The notes under the pieces are model-generated. The model did no database searches. It saw only the letters and a program-made list of their open reading frames with translations, and was not told the DNA's origin. 64,000 nt of DNA from a virus (lineage: Duplodnaviria > Caudoviricetes), in the IMG/VR virus record IMGVR_UViG_3300029286_000036, positions 1,905 to 65,904 of that record, one strand, 5' to 3'. Shown in pieces: positions 8,718-18,748 of the stretch; position 1 is the first letter of the stretch; each line of letters starts with the position of its first letter. The position numbers and the translations under genes were made by a program.

Positions 8718-10142
8718 TTATGCGTATAAAGCTATTACTTCTTTAAAGGAAGCATTATCACACAGCATTACATTCAATAATTCTTTACATTTCTGTAACT
8801 TAGCTGCTGCTATAATTGATGTTGAACCGCCTTCGATTACTCTAACTATTTCTAAATAATAAACATTATTCTTACTCACACAGAAAGAATTCTGAAGTGC
8901 TTTTTTAGCTAATGTTGTTAATGTTCCACCATCTGCCTTACCTATTGTAATTACTGTAGTTTCTATTGTATTTACATCATTTACTCTTCCAACAAAACCT
9001 GCTCCAATTTCTTTGTTTTCTATAATAAATTCGCCTGTTAATAGGTCTTCAATTCCAACAAATTCAGCATCTGCATCTATTGCTGTATACATAACTGCTG
9101 CTGCCTGTATTGCCGTCATTAATGATGTTACTGTATCTATTTTAACAACTCTATCACATGCTGCAACTACTGTAGGTACGGATATACTTAAATTATCTAC
9201 ATCTACATAAAATCCCACTGTTCCATTTTTATCAAAAGCTAGTAAATAATCTCCTTGATAATTAGAATCAGCACCTGCTGTATCAACTGTAACTGTAGTA
9301 GCTGAAGTTCCTGCTGTTCCTGCTGTCTTTGGTCCATAAGTTGTTGAACGAACTTTTATTGTTCCTGCTGCATTTGATGTTCCTACGAATTTAGCATCTC
9401 CATCTATCTCATTATAAATTGCTGTTCCAACTGCTGTAGTTGATGTGTTGTTAGCAACTGTAGTTATTTCAACTGCTCTATCACATGCTGTAGCTGCTGC
9501 TGGGATAGTAGTTCCACCATTGTCTACATCAAACCAAAAACCTACTGAACCTGCTTCGTCTTGAAGAACTATTGTCTTGCCATTATAAACTGAAGGTAAA
9601 CCCTGAACTGTAACTGATGCTGTGTATCCTGCTGCTCCTGTAACATCTATATCTGCTCTTGTTCCCATTGCCACATCTTCAATAATATAAGTTCCTGCTG
9701 AGTCGTCAGAAATCTTAACAAATTGAGAATCTGCTGCTAATGCATTGCCTATTTTTGTTCCTACTGCTCCAATTAAATCTCCAGTTGCAACTGTAGTAAT
9801 CTTTATTAATCTAGCAACTCCTGCTAATCCTGCCGGAACTCCACCTGCTCCATTTTCCATGTAAACACCAACTGAACCCGCTGAATCGTAAAGTATAAAA
9901 TACTTTTGGTTTGTGTCATCAGCTACGTCTGCTGTTACTGTGATGCTTGTTCTTTCGTAACGACCTGTTTCTGCTGGACATACTAATTGAGTGATTTCTC
10001 TAACATTGGCAGTAACTGCACTCATACAGCTAACTTTGAACTTTTCCTTAGCTCCACCCATCATGTCAGCAATTTCATTACCTAAACTGTTGCTGCAAAT
10101 CCCTTCTTTAATTTTCCTTCTTAACCTTGAACTAACACTCAT
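8718..10142 (-). CDS. Virion structural/decoration protein with three internal ~100 aa repeats
   Basis: Ala/Gly/Thr-rich; repeats YFILYDSAGSVGVY / IVLQDEAGSVGFW / LLAFDKNGTVGFY. Confidence 0.6.
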   Translation of the reverse strand: MSVSSRLRRKIKEGICSNSLGNEIADMMGGAKEKFKVSCMSAVTANVREITQLVCPAETGRYERTSITVTADVADDTNQKYFILYDSAGSVGVYMENGAGGVPAGLAGVARLIKITTVATGDLIGAVGTKIGNALAADSQFVKISDDSAGTYIIEDVAMGTRADIDVTGAAGYTASVTVQGLPSVYNGKTIVLQDEAGSVGFWFDVDNGGTTIPAAATACDRAVEITTVANNTSTTAVGTAIYNEIDGDAKFVGTSNAAGTIKVRSTTYGPKTAGTAGTSATTVTVDTAGADSNYQGDYLLAFDKNGTVGFYVDVDNLSISVPTVVAACDRVVKIDTVTSLMTAIQAAAVMYTAIDADAEFVGIEDLLTGEFIIENKEIGAGFVGRVNDVNTIETTVITIGKADGGTLTTLAKKALQNSFCVSKNNVYYLEIVRVIEGGSTSIIAAAKLQKCKELLNVMLCDNASFKEVIALYA

Positions 10143-10199
10143 ATCGTCCTCCTATAAAAACGTGCAAGATGACTATACGCCACCTTGAATGAGACTAAC

Positions 10200-10556
10200 T
10201 TAATCTGCGGACACTTCTAATCTAATCGCCGCTGAAGTTCTAACATAATCATCTGTAGCTACTGTAAAAAATGTAGCATTCGGCATCAATATTGTATCTA
10301 ATCCGTTTACATCTGGAACTGTAACAGTAGACCCACCGAAACGCATAAAAGCTGCTCCATTACCAAATACTCTAACTAAAGCCCCTTTTCCTACATAAAC
10401 AGCAGTTGTTGCATCTGCTATAACAAGATAAGGAATTGGTATCATTCCACTAATTACTTTATCTGACTTAGAGATATCATTGTAACGATGTTGTTCTATC
10501 GTCCCAGCAGTCATCTGCTCTTTACTCTTATATCGACTTCCATTTCCAGCCATCAT
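10200..10556 (-). CDS. Putative small virion protein
   Basis: Beta-rich, late-type promoter upstream. Confidence 0.4.
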   Translation of the reverse strand: MMAGNGSRYKSKEQMTAGTIEQHRYNDISKSDKVISGMIPIPYLVIADATTAVYVGKGALVRVFGNGAAFMRFGGSTVTVPDVNGLDTILMPNATFFTVATDDYVRTSAAIRLEVSAD

Positions 10557-10587
10557 AAACCTCCAAAAGTGTACATTATATACACCC

Positions 10588-10598
10588 TAATTATATCA
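10588..10598 (-). promoter_or_regulatory. Putative late promoter (TGATATAATTA, no -35)
   Basis: Conserved motif before structural gene. Confidence 0.55.
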
Positions 10599-10625
10599 TA
10601 AAAAGTAAGGATATTATTGAATAAA

Positions 10626-10657
10626 GAAAAAGAGCTACCTCATTTAAAAGTAGCCCT
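10626..10657 (-). terminator. Intrinsic terminator ending the accessory island
   Basis: GGGCTAC/GTAGCTC stem plus TTTTTCTTT on minus strand. Confidence 0.6.
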
Positions 10658-10685
10658 ATTTATGCTATTATATTCAGATACTTAT

Positions 10686-10931
10686 CTATTTCTTAGCATC
10701 TCTTAATGCTTGATGGACTTGCTTTAGGAGATATCTGTGAATTGACCTAAACCGTTTAAATTCTGAGTTTAAAAATGTTCTCTCGAGGTCCAAACAACTC
10801 CTTTTAGCATCATCAAAATTAAGAAATACGACCCCATCTATTACATCACAATCTATAAACTTAATTCCTTCAAATATTAAGAAGGTTGCAATGTCTAAGT
10901 CTTGAGTTGAGTATATTTTAGGGTCTTTCAT
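10686..10931 (-). CDS. DUF5659-like small protein
   Basis: YSTQDLDIATFL...V.L.F pattern. Confidence 0.45.
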   Translation of the reverse strand: MKDPKIYSTQDLDIATFLIFEGIKFIDCDVIDGVVFLNFDDAKRSCLDLERTFLNSEFKRFRSIHRYLLKQVHQALRDAKK

Positions 10932-11291
10932 CTATTTTGCTACTTTAATTTTATTTGGTGCATGCGGAGGTCTTCCTGCTTTCTTTTTAGTTCCACATAT
11001 AACACATTCTTTTGTTGAATTTCCGTCTTTATCCAAATAGTGATGCTTTTTACAGGATGAATCTTCTTCTTTTTTTACTTCTTCCTTTTGCTCTTCTTCT
11101 CCCTTCCCACATGTACAATTATCACATTTACCGTCACATCCTGTTTCTGGAGCACATGGGTCTTCTATTAAGTCGCCTTTATAATCATACCCTGCTTCCT
11201 CACAACATTCACCGATAAAAAACTCACCTATGTCTTTAACAAAATGCTTCTCGCTTACTCCACATCTACAACTCTTTTTAAATAACGGCAT
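10932..11291 (-). CDS. Cys-rich putative metal-binding protein
   Basis: CRC, CC, CDGKCDNCTC, C.H, CVIC; C-terminal KKKAGRPP. Confidence 0.5.
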   Translation of the reverse strand: MPLFKKSCRCGVSEKHFVKDIGEFFIGECCEEAGYDYKGDLIEDPCAPETGCDGKCDNCTCGKGEEEQKEEVKKEEDSSCKKHHYLDKDGNSTKECVICGTKKKAGRPPHAPNKIKVAK

Positions 11292-11308
11292 CTTTAATCC
11301 TCCAATCT

Positions 11309-12099
11309 TTAATCTGTCTTAATTTTATCACATAATACCACATTATAAGTTACGCATCTGTGATACGAAATGAAAGCTCTACAATAATCTTCTGCTTGCT
11401 CCCGATGGTCAAAGTATAGTTCAGGTGTAAACTCTTTACCTTTAGGGTCTAAGATTACCCAATAATGCTTATTAAGTTGCTTTAATGTGAAAGTTAGCAC
11501 TATTCCACTTCCTTTTTTAAACTACCTGCAAATTCTAAAGCTTGGTCGCCTAACATGCTGTACATTCCTTGAAGTCTTTCAAATAAATCTCTAAATTCTC
11601 TACGTTGCATTAAGAATCCTAATTTCTCTTGGTCTGTGGCATTCTCGTCGCCCTTTCTGAAGGTATATTTTGAGATAACTAATTTATCTTTTATCTCTTT
11701 TCTTAACTCGCTGATTCCTTCAAGTATTAATTTAAGTTCTTCTTGCTTTGTCATTTTATTTTCTCCTTTTTCTTTTATTTTAACACAAAAGAAATAGGAT
11801 GTCAACTATTTTTTTAGCTCTTCAATAACTAAAGATACAAATCTTTTACGAATCTTATTCATCTTAAGCTGTTCACGGTATGGTTCATTAAGCATTTTTG
11901 TATTCTGAATAGATGCTTCAAGTTTCTCGTCTGCCTTTTTTGTTGTTACAATTGCTTGCTCTTCCATGGCTAATCCTAACATTTTGTCATCTAACTCTTC
12001 CTTACTCATTCCTCTGATTTCTGCCACATACTCAATTTCCAATTTTCTAGCAAGTTGTGTACTCTCGGGAACTTCCATTAATTTGCTTTCGTTACTCAT
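11309..12099 (-). CDS. Three small hypothetical proteins (11309-11500, 11500-~11754, 11806-12099)
   Basis: Tightly packed ORFs with RBS; internal sigma70 promoter near 11777-11805. Confidence 0.55.
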
Positions 12100-12111
12100 G
12101 TTATTTCTCCT

Positions 12112-13044
12112 TTATAAATAATTCTTTAACAGTTTGAATCCTTCTGACCCAATACTACATATTCTCTTTATATCATCTTTGTGGTAAATAGTCAAGGAGT
12201 ATTCTTTCTCAAAGTCTATTTTTGCATCATCTATTAAATATTTAATGTATTCTCCGATTTGTTTACAATCCTGAATTTGTCCATATTTACTGAATATTGA
12301 TTGTAATCTATTGTCTGTGATGTATTCTAAGAATTTATCGTTTAGGTCATCTATTTCGGTTCTTTCTCGAGGTTCTTTCTGAACTTTAGGTGCCCTTGCG
12401 ATTTCCTTAAACTTATCATTTTTCTTTTTAATCCAAAAGGATTCCCCAATTACTGAATACCAATTATTGTAGAAAGGTTTTATTACAACTCCCTCACATA
12501 TATTATTTTCGATATTTAATACTTTTGAGTCAAATTCTGTGTTGAACTCTAATGCTTGCTCCAGCGATTGCGCAATCTTTACGACCGGAACTATTGGTAA
12601 ATCGTACATTCTACCATGACCAAAGAAATAGAATGGAGATAGCATGCATCCATTAAGTCTCATGTCAAAGAAAAATATCTGTTTTTCTTTCCCGTAGTCT
12701 ACTCCCTTTTGAATCCCTTGTCCAACTAATTCTCCGTATAACGTAATATTTTCTACTTCACCTGAGATATCTCTTTCTTGAATCTCTTTAAAGATTCTCA
12801 TATATTTATCTTGATTAACTACATTCTGGATGTCATTAAACTTCTCATCATCTTTAACCCAGTCTGTTCTTTTTCCTATCTCAATGTTATCTTTTGTGAT
12901 ATGAATTTGAATATTGCATCCATGAAGCTTTTCTGTGATGATGTAAGATTGATATGCCAATTCTGGATATAATTCCAAAAATCGTTCAATGAATTTACTT
13001 TGGTAATGATTCTCAATACTTGGATACTTCTTAAATTCACTCAT
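12112..13044 (-). CDS. RNA ligase, Rnl2 family
   Basis: FKKYPSIEN, TEKLHGCN (motif I), LYGEL, FFD, EGVVIKP, KKKN..F.E; start corrected to MSEFKK. Confidence 0.85.
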   Translation of the reverse strand: MSEFKKYPSIENHYQSKFIERFLELYPELAYQSYIITEKLHGCNIQIHITKDNIEIGKRTDWVKDDEKFNDIQNVVNQDKYMRIFKEIQERDISGEVENITLYGELVGQGIQKGVDYGKEKQIFFFDMRLNGCMLSPFYFFGHGRMYDLPIVPVVKIAQSLEQALEFNTEFDSKVLNIENNICEGVVIKPFYNNWYSVIGESFWIKKKNDKFKEIARAPKVQKEPRERTEIDDLNDKFLEYITDNRLQSIFSKYGQIQDCKQIGEYIKYLIDDAKIDFEKEYSLTIYHKDDIKRICSIGSEGFKLLKNYL

Positions 13045-13045
13045 T

Positions 13046-13609
13046 TTATTCACCTCTAGTAACCGATACTGTACCTGATGAAATACTCCATACAAAGTTC
13101 TTTTTACCTTCATAAGGTAATCCTAACTCGGTACACATTCTATCAAAGCTCTTAGGTTCCAACGTAAGATTATGTATCTTGATATCAGAAGCTCCCATTT
13201 GGATTATAAAATCGTACAAGATTTCCGCAGCTTTCTTCTGTTCCATCGTTTTCCTCCCAACTAATTATACTTGTGCTTTCTCCGTCAATTATCTTATATC
13301 CCAAATTTAAAAAATATAGTCTCACGTGTGGATTTACAAACTGTTTATTGATTACTGTTTTAAATGAACCATTATTAACAGCTTCCTGAACTATATTTTT
13401 AATCAGAACAAGCTGTCTATTGTATGCTGTTTTTTTGGCTTCTTTGGCTGTATACATTACTTTAAGCTCCTATATAGAACTATCCCATAAGTAATAACAA
13501 AAGCTGCTAAATACCCTGCTGATTCATCTCTTCCTACTATAATTGCTTCTATTATGAAACACATGGATGCTAAAATCAATACGCTGTCGATAATCATTTC
13601 TTTAATCAT
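13046..13609 (-). CDS. Three small hypothetical proteins (13046-13246, 13185-13457, membrane peptide 13457-13609)
   Basis: Overlapping start/stop codons; the 50 aa hydrophobic ORF was found manually. Confidence 0.5.
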
Positions 13610-13998
13610 TTTGAACTCCTTGTATTTTTATATAAAAATTCTACTTCTCTTATGAAACTATCTTCTGAATCACTTCCATGAACTGCATTCTCGTACAATT
13701 TCTTTCCAGTAAACTTCTTTCTAATATCCAACATAACTCTACGCCATTCTACAATCGCATTCTTTTTTTCAAGAATCAAAACAAATACTACTCCACTCGA
13801 CATAAACTTAACCAAATCTTTATAAAAATCCTTATCCTTATGCTCTTTATAAAACTCACTAGCTGCTTTTACCGACATCTTAATTTCTCTAATAAAAACT
13901 ATATCAAACTTATTCTTCTCAATAGTCTGAATTATCTCTCCCACATTTCGATTCTTTACTGCGTCTGGTTTAATGATTGCTACTGTATGTTTGCTCAC
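13606..13998 (-). CDS. ndk: Nucleoside diphosphate kinase
   Basis: T.AIIKPDAV, FY.EH..K.FY..LV.FMSSG, NAVHGSDS with catalytic His. Confidence 0.9.
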   Translation of the reverse strand: MSKHTVAIIKPDAVKNRNVGEIIQTIEKNKFDIVFIREIKMSVKAASEFYKEHKDKDFYKDLVKFMSSGVVFVLILEKKNAIVEWRRVMLDIRKKFTGKKLYENAVHGSDSEDSFIREVEFLYKNTRSSK

Positions 13999-14189
13999 TA
14001 TAACTCCTTTATATTGACTATCTTTTGAATCGCTGAATCCATTCCCGATACATAAGCCTTTAAAATCAAATTAAAATAGAATCCTCCACAATCTATATTG
14101 TACTTACTGCATAATTCACGAGCAAAAACTTCTGCTTCTTTCATAATTTGGTCAGCATGGCTTTTGGTTTTCCTTGAAGTTTTCTTCAT
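13998..14189 (-). CDS. Hypothetical protein
   Basis: ORF with RBS downstream of promoter at about 14209-14237. Confidence 0.5.
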   Translation of the reverse strand: MKKTSRKTKSHADQIMKEAEVFARELCSKYNIDCGGFYFNLILKAYVSGMDSAIQKIVNIKEL

Positions 14190-14246
14190 GCAATTTTACC
14201 TCATCCTCTTTATATCACATCTGAACTAAATTGTCAAGGTTAATTT

Positions 14247-14612
14247 TTAAACTTCTTCATCAAAAAAATACAGCATGTCCCTTACGGCTTTTTCTTCACT
14301 TGCAGAAGCTTCGATAATATCGCCACATACAGCCTTGATAATAGAAATGATTCTGTTAAATTCAGCTACTGCATTTTTCTTTCTTAATACCAAAATCATA
14401 GACGAACCTGAAGTCATGTAAGATATCAACTCCTCGTAGAAATTCATTGTTTTATATTCCTTGAAGTATCCCTTAGCCCTTTCACGACTAAAAGTTTCGT
14501 TTGCTAAGTAACCAATCTCAAAATCACAAGCTTCTATAATTCTAATGATGTGTGGTTCTAACTTACTTCTAATTCCATGAGGTTTGATTAAAGCAATAGT
14601 AAAGTCTTTCAT
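14247..14612 (-). CDS. NDK-like paralog lacking the catalytic histidine
   Basis: TIALIKPHG, FYEELISYMTSG conserved; NAVHGSDS replaced by DIIEASAS. Confidence 0.7.
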   Translation of the reverse strand: MKDFTIALIKPHGIRSKLEPHIIRIIEACDFEIGYLANETFSRERAKGYFKEYKTMNFYEELISYMTSGSSMILVLRKKNAVAEFNRIISIIKAVCGDIIEASASEEKAVRDMLYFFDEEV

Positions 14613-14613
14613 T

Positions 14614-14952
14614 TTAGCTCCTTGGTCTGTCATATTCTGACGCATTTAATGTAGTATGCTTATCAGTTACTGAATTTAACCATGCTGTTTTTACAAACTT
14701 TCTATAAGGAATAATTGCAAGTAACATATCGTATCCAGCGTTATATTTCACTCTATAAAGTATCTTTTCTACCATTCCATCTTCTACTTCTATTTCAATA
14801 ACTTTTGCAGTCGAAGTATCTAAGAAGGCAGGAAGCGTAATCCCCTTATCCACTGCTCTGGAAAGAGCATGATTTGAATAAGTTAATGAGATTACGCCGC
14901 TCGGCAATCTATTTGTCGGAAGACCTAATTGATAATGGTATTTTCTAATCAT
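14614..14952 (-). CDS. Hypothetical protein, possible small RNase-like fold
   Basis: YSNHAL.RA helix motif followed by beta strands and VKTAW. Confidence 0.35.
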   Translation of the reverse strand: MIRKYHYQLGLPTNRLPSGVISLTYSNHALSRAVDKGITLPAFLDTSTAKVIEIEVEDGMVEKILYRVKYNAGYDMLLAIIPYRKFVKTAWLNSVTDKHTTLNASEYDRPRS

Positions 14953-15127
14953 TTTCTTTTTCTCCTCTTATTAACTACATGTATATAATAACATACTAAT
15001 AAAAGGATGTCAAGAAAAATCTTTATTTATTTTTAATATTTATTTGTGGAAAGTCTTACGTATAATAACACATAGATAGTAATAACTACCACACCTATAA
15101 AAGCGAGAATCTTCATTGGTATTCTAA

Positions 15128-15562
15128 TCATTTTAACGCTTCTACCGGATTTTGCCAATACCAATCATCTGAGTCTAAATTGATGGTATTAAATTCCGTG
15201 TTAAAAGCATTTAGAAGAGAGCTAAAAGATTTTAGGGTATACTTCTTTCCCTTCTCATTGTAAATGAACTTTCCCGCATCTGATGGCTTAGCTGGACGGT
15301 CTTTAAGTGATTCTAGTATCATATCGTACTCTCCTTTTTAATCACAATTAGCGTAACAAAACCAAGTTGCCACATACATCTTGCTAGGCTGCTGAACTAC
15401 GTTAAAACTACAGAAATCATAACCTGCTGGATGTCTGCCTGATGCCGTCTGTAATTCTCTACATAATAAATTAGTTATTGGGAAATCTGCTACTACTCTG
15501 AATTCGGTATGTCCACCCCCTCTAGTGGTTTCATCTTTAAGGATTTCTAATTTTAGTTCCAT
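15128..15562 (-). CDS. Two small hypothetical proteins (15128-15322, 15338-15562)
   Basis: ORFs with RBS downstream of promoter at about 15582-15610. Confidence 0.5.
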
Positions 15563-15613
15563 CGAATCACCTCACCTCTCAATCTTATCATAAAATCGGC
15601 TCAAAGTCAAGGA

Positions 15614-17200
15614 CTATTTGAGTTTCATTAGATAAATCTCTGACCCTGCATCGTAAATTGCATACCATCCTAAGTTGTTTTGCTGTTCTCTTTCTGTTGA
15701 ACCCTTTGAGTATAGATTCTTTTTATGCTGAAAACGTCCCTCTCTGACTCCATCTTTTTCGTAAAAATAATTAGCATCAGTTTTACCTTGATAGTCAAAG
15801 CCAGACTTCCTATATACTTCTCCTGAACCAAATCTACAGTCTGCATATGTTAATATAGCGTCTATATTTAGAGTATTTGCCCATTCCTTAACTACTTTAA
15901 GTAACTTCTGAAAACCTCCTACTATTGAATGATTTCTCTTTGAAGCAAATCTAGCTATTTCAATACAATTTCCCCATCTCTTATTCCAAGTACCTCTCAT
16001 AGAAATGACACTAACTAACTCACCTTCGTAGAATAGTCCCCAACTATTAGGTGCCATCGTATCTCCGGCGATATGACTTTGTTCAAAGAATATTTTCCTT
16101 TCCCTAGGTTCTATCTTTCTAACCTCACATTTCCTTGCATAAATCTTATTAATAGACATTCCCATCTTACTTCTTATTATAGACTTACATATTTCTTTTT
16201 TATCTAGCCATTCATCTTCAAATATTTGTATTAACTTTATCCCATTTCTCTTGGCATTTATGTATTTTTCTTCATGAAGTCTTCTTATTTCAGTTAGATT
16301 TTTTTCATAATGAATTGTTCTTTCTGAATGATGGACTAATCCATGATGTTCAATTGCTATACTCTTAGAGGGAATCCACATATCTAATTCCTTTCCGTTC
16401 ATAAAAGATGGTCTTTTATTTCTCAAAATATCGGTTTCCTCAATCTGTAACTCGTTAACTATAAAGTCATGAATTTCATTTTCGGGTTTAGTCATTGCAC
16501 ATGAACATGACTTGCATTTGTGATTTGCCCCTAATTCTAAATAATTAAGATTAGTATTGTATTCTTTCCCACAAACTGAACCATCTTTCTTTAGGGCACC
16601 ACATTTTACTGTTATAGGTTGTGATTTACTTACATAACCATCGTTAGTCATAATAGCCACTAGTTCTAAATTTAAACTCTTACAGTATATTTTAGCTTCT
16701 TCTTCTGTAGTATTTGTCCTCTCTCCTCGTTTAGAGAATAAAGTATCGGAAATCCTTAGTTTCTGACTATCGGTTTTACTTATACCCTTATTTGGTCCAT
16801 CATGTGACTCATAGTATCTATGTAGTCCCTTGCTTATTTTTGTTCTCTGTTCTATAGCATGCTGTGTTCCTTTATTTTTTATACCCATAGCTTTTTTAGT
16901 TTCTTCTGAGTAGATATCTGTTTTACCTTTATTCCATGCAGTTTTTCCTTTTTTAGAATCAGAAATTTTTTGTCTAGCTTCGGTTGTCATATTCTGAGAA
17001 GAAGTATTTCCTACTTTAGAGCATGAACGGCATTTTCTTTTTAGTTGGTTATAATTAGAAATGAATTCAATTTTACCACAAGAACATGCTCTCTGAATTC
17101 TTCTGATTCCGTTTGCTGCTTTAGTTGCACAGTCTACACTACAGAATTTTATAAAATTATCTGGAATTTCTTTTTGACAGTATGCACACTTTTTATTCAT
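15614..17200 (-). CDS. Homing-endonuclease-like protein: Zn fingers, NUMOD3, PD-(D/E)XK/Vsr-like nuclease, C-terminal GNAT/Mom-like domain
   Basis: CxxC clusters, AWNKGK, ELDMWIP...AIEHHG...H, IQIFEDEW, EIARFAS...GGF.KLL...TYAD.R...G.VY...GF. Confidence 0.7.
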   Translation of the reverse strand: MNKKCAYCQKEIPDNFIKFCSVDCATKAANGIRRIQRACSCGKIEFISNYNQLKRKCRSCSKVGNTSSQNMTTEARQKISDSKKGKTAWNKGKTDIYSEETKKAMGIKNKGTQHAIEQRTKISKGLHRYYESHDGPNKGISKTDSQKLRISDTLFSKRGERTNTTEEEAKIYCKSLNLELVAIMTNDGYVSKSQPITVKCGALKKDGSVCGKEYNTNLNYLELGANHKCKSCSCAMTKPENEIHDFIVNELQIEETDILRNKRPSFMNGKELDMWIPSKSIAIEHHGLVHHSERTIHYEKNLTEIRRLHEEKYINAKRNGIKLIQIFEDEWLDKKEICKSIIRSKMGMSINKIYARKCEVRKIEPRERKIFFEQSHIAGDTMAPNSWGLFYEGELVSVISMRGTWNKRWGNCIEIARFASKRNHSIVGGFQKLLKVVKEWANTLNIDAILTYADCRFGSGEVYRKSGFDYQGKTDANYFYEKDGVREGRFQHKKNLYSKGSTEREQQNNLGWYAIYDAGSEIYLMKLK

Positions 17201-17222
17201 TTTATTTGCCCCTCTAATATAT

Positions 17223-17251
17223 AGTATATCATATTATGAGGTAGCTGTCAA
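17223..17251 (-). promoter_or_regulatory. sigma70-type promoter TTGACA-17-TATACT
   Basis: Direct reading. Confidence 0.75.
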
Positions 17252-17275
17252 GTGTTATTTTTATTTATTTTACAA

Positions 17276-17306
17276 ATAAAAAGGGCAGCTATTTCTAGCT
17301 GCCCTT
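17276..17306 (-). terminator. Strong intrinsic terminator after capsid gene
   Basis: AAGGGCAGCTA/TAGCTGCCCTT perfect stem plus T-run. Confidence 0.85.
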
Positions 17307-17329
17307 AATAGTCTAACTAACTGATTTTA

Positions 17330-18748
17330 TTATGCTAATGTGATGTTCTTTATTACAACGTTCTTTCTAGCTGCTGCTACAAGAGGTGTTCCATAAAGCA
17401 ATTGCAACCATTTATAACTTGTGTCAGTAACAGCTAGGTCGTACTTAATCATCGAACCCAATTGTTTGAAGCATAGTACGTCAGCGTCGTTCATAAGTAA
17501 ATAAGCTTTTGCTGCGCCAGGAAGGTAAACGTTAAGGTCCATAATGTGTGCAGAAGCTGATGCTCCAACAACTATTCTCTGAATAAATTCCCAACCTGCT
17601 ACTGTTCCTACTGGTGCTCTAAATACGTTAAAATAAAGTGGTGTTCCTGTGTAAGAAATTTCGCATCTTACGTCGTCGCCAGCACTAACTGCGATGTCTA
17701 TCTTAGCTGAAGGAAGAGTTTCGCCGTCTGCATAAACACTTGAAATCTTATAAGAATAAGTTCCAGCGTCAGCACTTACGAATTCACTTGCTGAGTTACC
17801 AGGGCTTGTTCCGTTAGCTAATGTAGGAGCTGCTGTTGCGCTGATTGCTACTGCTAAAGGAGCTTTTCTAGGTCTACAGAAAAGAGATGGTTTAAATCTA
17901 TAGTCTGTTGTACCACTGTGTTCTTTAATTCTGTTACCGGAGCTGATTACTGCACCAGGAACTGTTCTTTGTTTGTTATAAACAGTTTTTGAGAACTTGC
18001 TGTGTACGTCTGTACCTAAATACATGTCCATAGCCATACCAAAATTGTTTACGTTCATAAGAGCTGCATCTTCTGCTGCATCTTCATCAAACATAGCTCT
18101 AAGGTCCATGATTACGCTGTCTGTTGTTCCAACTGATTCATAACCTGCAAAAGCTGTTGATTTGAAACCAGCAACGATTTCTTTAGCTGCGATTTGAGCA
18201 AATATACCATCATACTCTAAAGCATTGATTGTAGAATCTGCATCAAACATAGCTCTTTCATTTTTACCTAAAAGTTCTACTGTTTTGTTTTTAACTTCTC
18301 TAGCTACAACCGGACCATGAGCCGCTTGAATAAGAGTTAAGTTGTGTTGTACTTGAGCTTGTGTACCTAAGTATTTAACTTGGTAAACCATTCTGTTGTA
18401 AGCTGCTGTTGAAGCTGTAGGTGTTGAACCCATTGTAAAGAAAGGACTTACTTCTTCACCGTAAGAATTCTGCACGTTAAATTCGCCAACTGCTTGTGTA
18501 ACTTTTTCTTTAACTATGTCTTTCCATAGTTTAAGATGTTCAAGACCGAAAGTTACAAGTTTAAGTGTTCTGTCTAAGTCTTCTACGGATAGAGCTGAAC
18601 CGCCTGTTAATGCGTTAGCTGCTGTTGTACCGTAATTTTGTGAAATAGAAAGAGCTTTTTGAAGTTCTTCTACTTCTTTGATGCTGTGTGCGCCGAAACC
18701 GGTCATAGCTGCATCATTCGCTACGTTTTCAAGAATCTGATTTGACAT
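17330..18748 (-). CDS. Major capsid protein (Herelleviridae-like)
   Basis: ELQKAL...G.AL..EDLD..L..VT, KYLG, E.AMF.ADS...LEYDG, Ig-like insertion; follows protease and scaffold; biased codon usage. Confidence 0.9.
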   Translation of the reverse strand: MSNQILENVANDAAMTGFGAHSIKEVEELQKALSISQNYGTTAANALTGGSALSVEDLDRTLKLVTFGLEHLKLWKDIVKEKVTQAVGEFNVQNSYGEEVSPFFTMGSTPTASTAAYNRMVYQVKYLGTQAQVQHNLTLIQAAHGPVVAREVKNKTVELLGKNERAMFDADSTINALEYDGIFAQIAAKEIVAGFKSTAFAGYESVGTTDSVIMDLRAMFDEDAAEDAALMNVNNFGMAMDMYLGTDVHSKFSKTVYNKQRTVPGAVISSGNRIKEHSGTTDYRFKPSLFCRPRKAPLAVAISATAAPTLANGTSPGNSASEFVSADAGTYSYKISSVYADGETLPSAKIDIAVSAGDDVRCEISYTGTPLYFNVFRAPVGTVAGWEFIQRIVVGASASAHIMDLNVYLPGAAKAYLLMNDADVLCFKQLGSMIKYDLAVTDTSYKWLQLLYGTPLVAAARKNVVIKNITLA

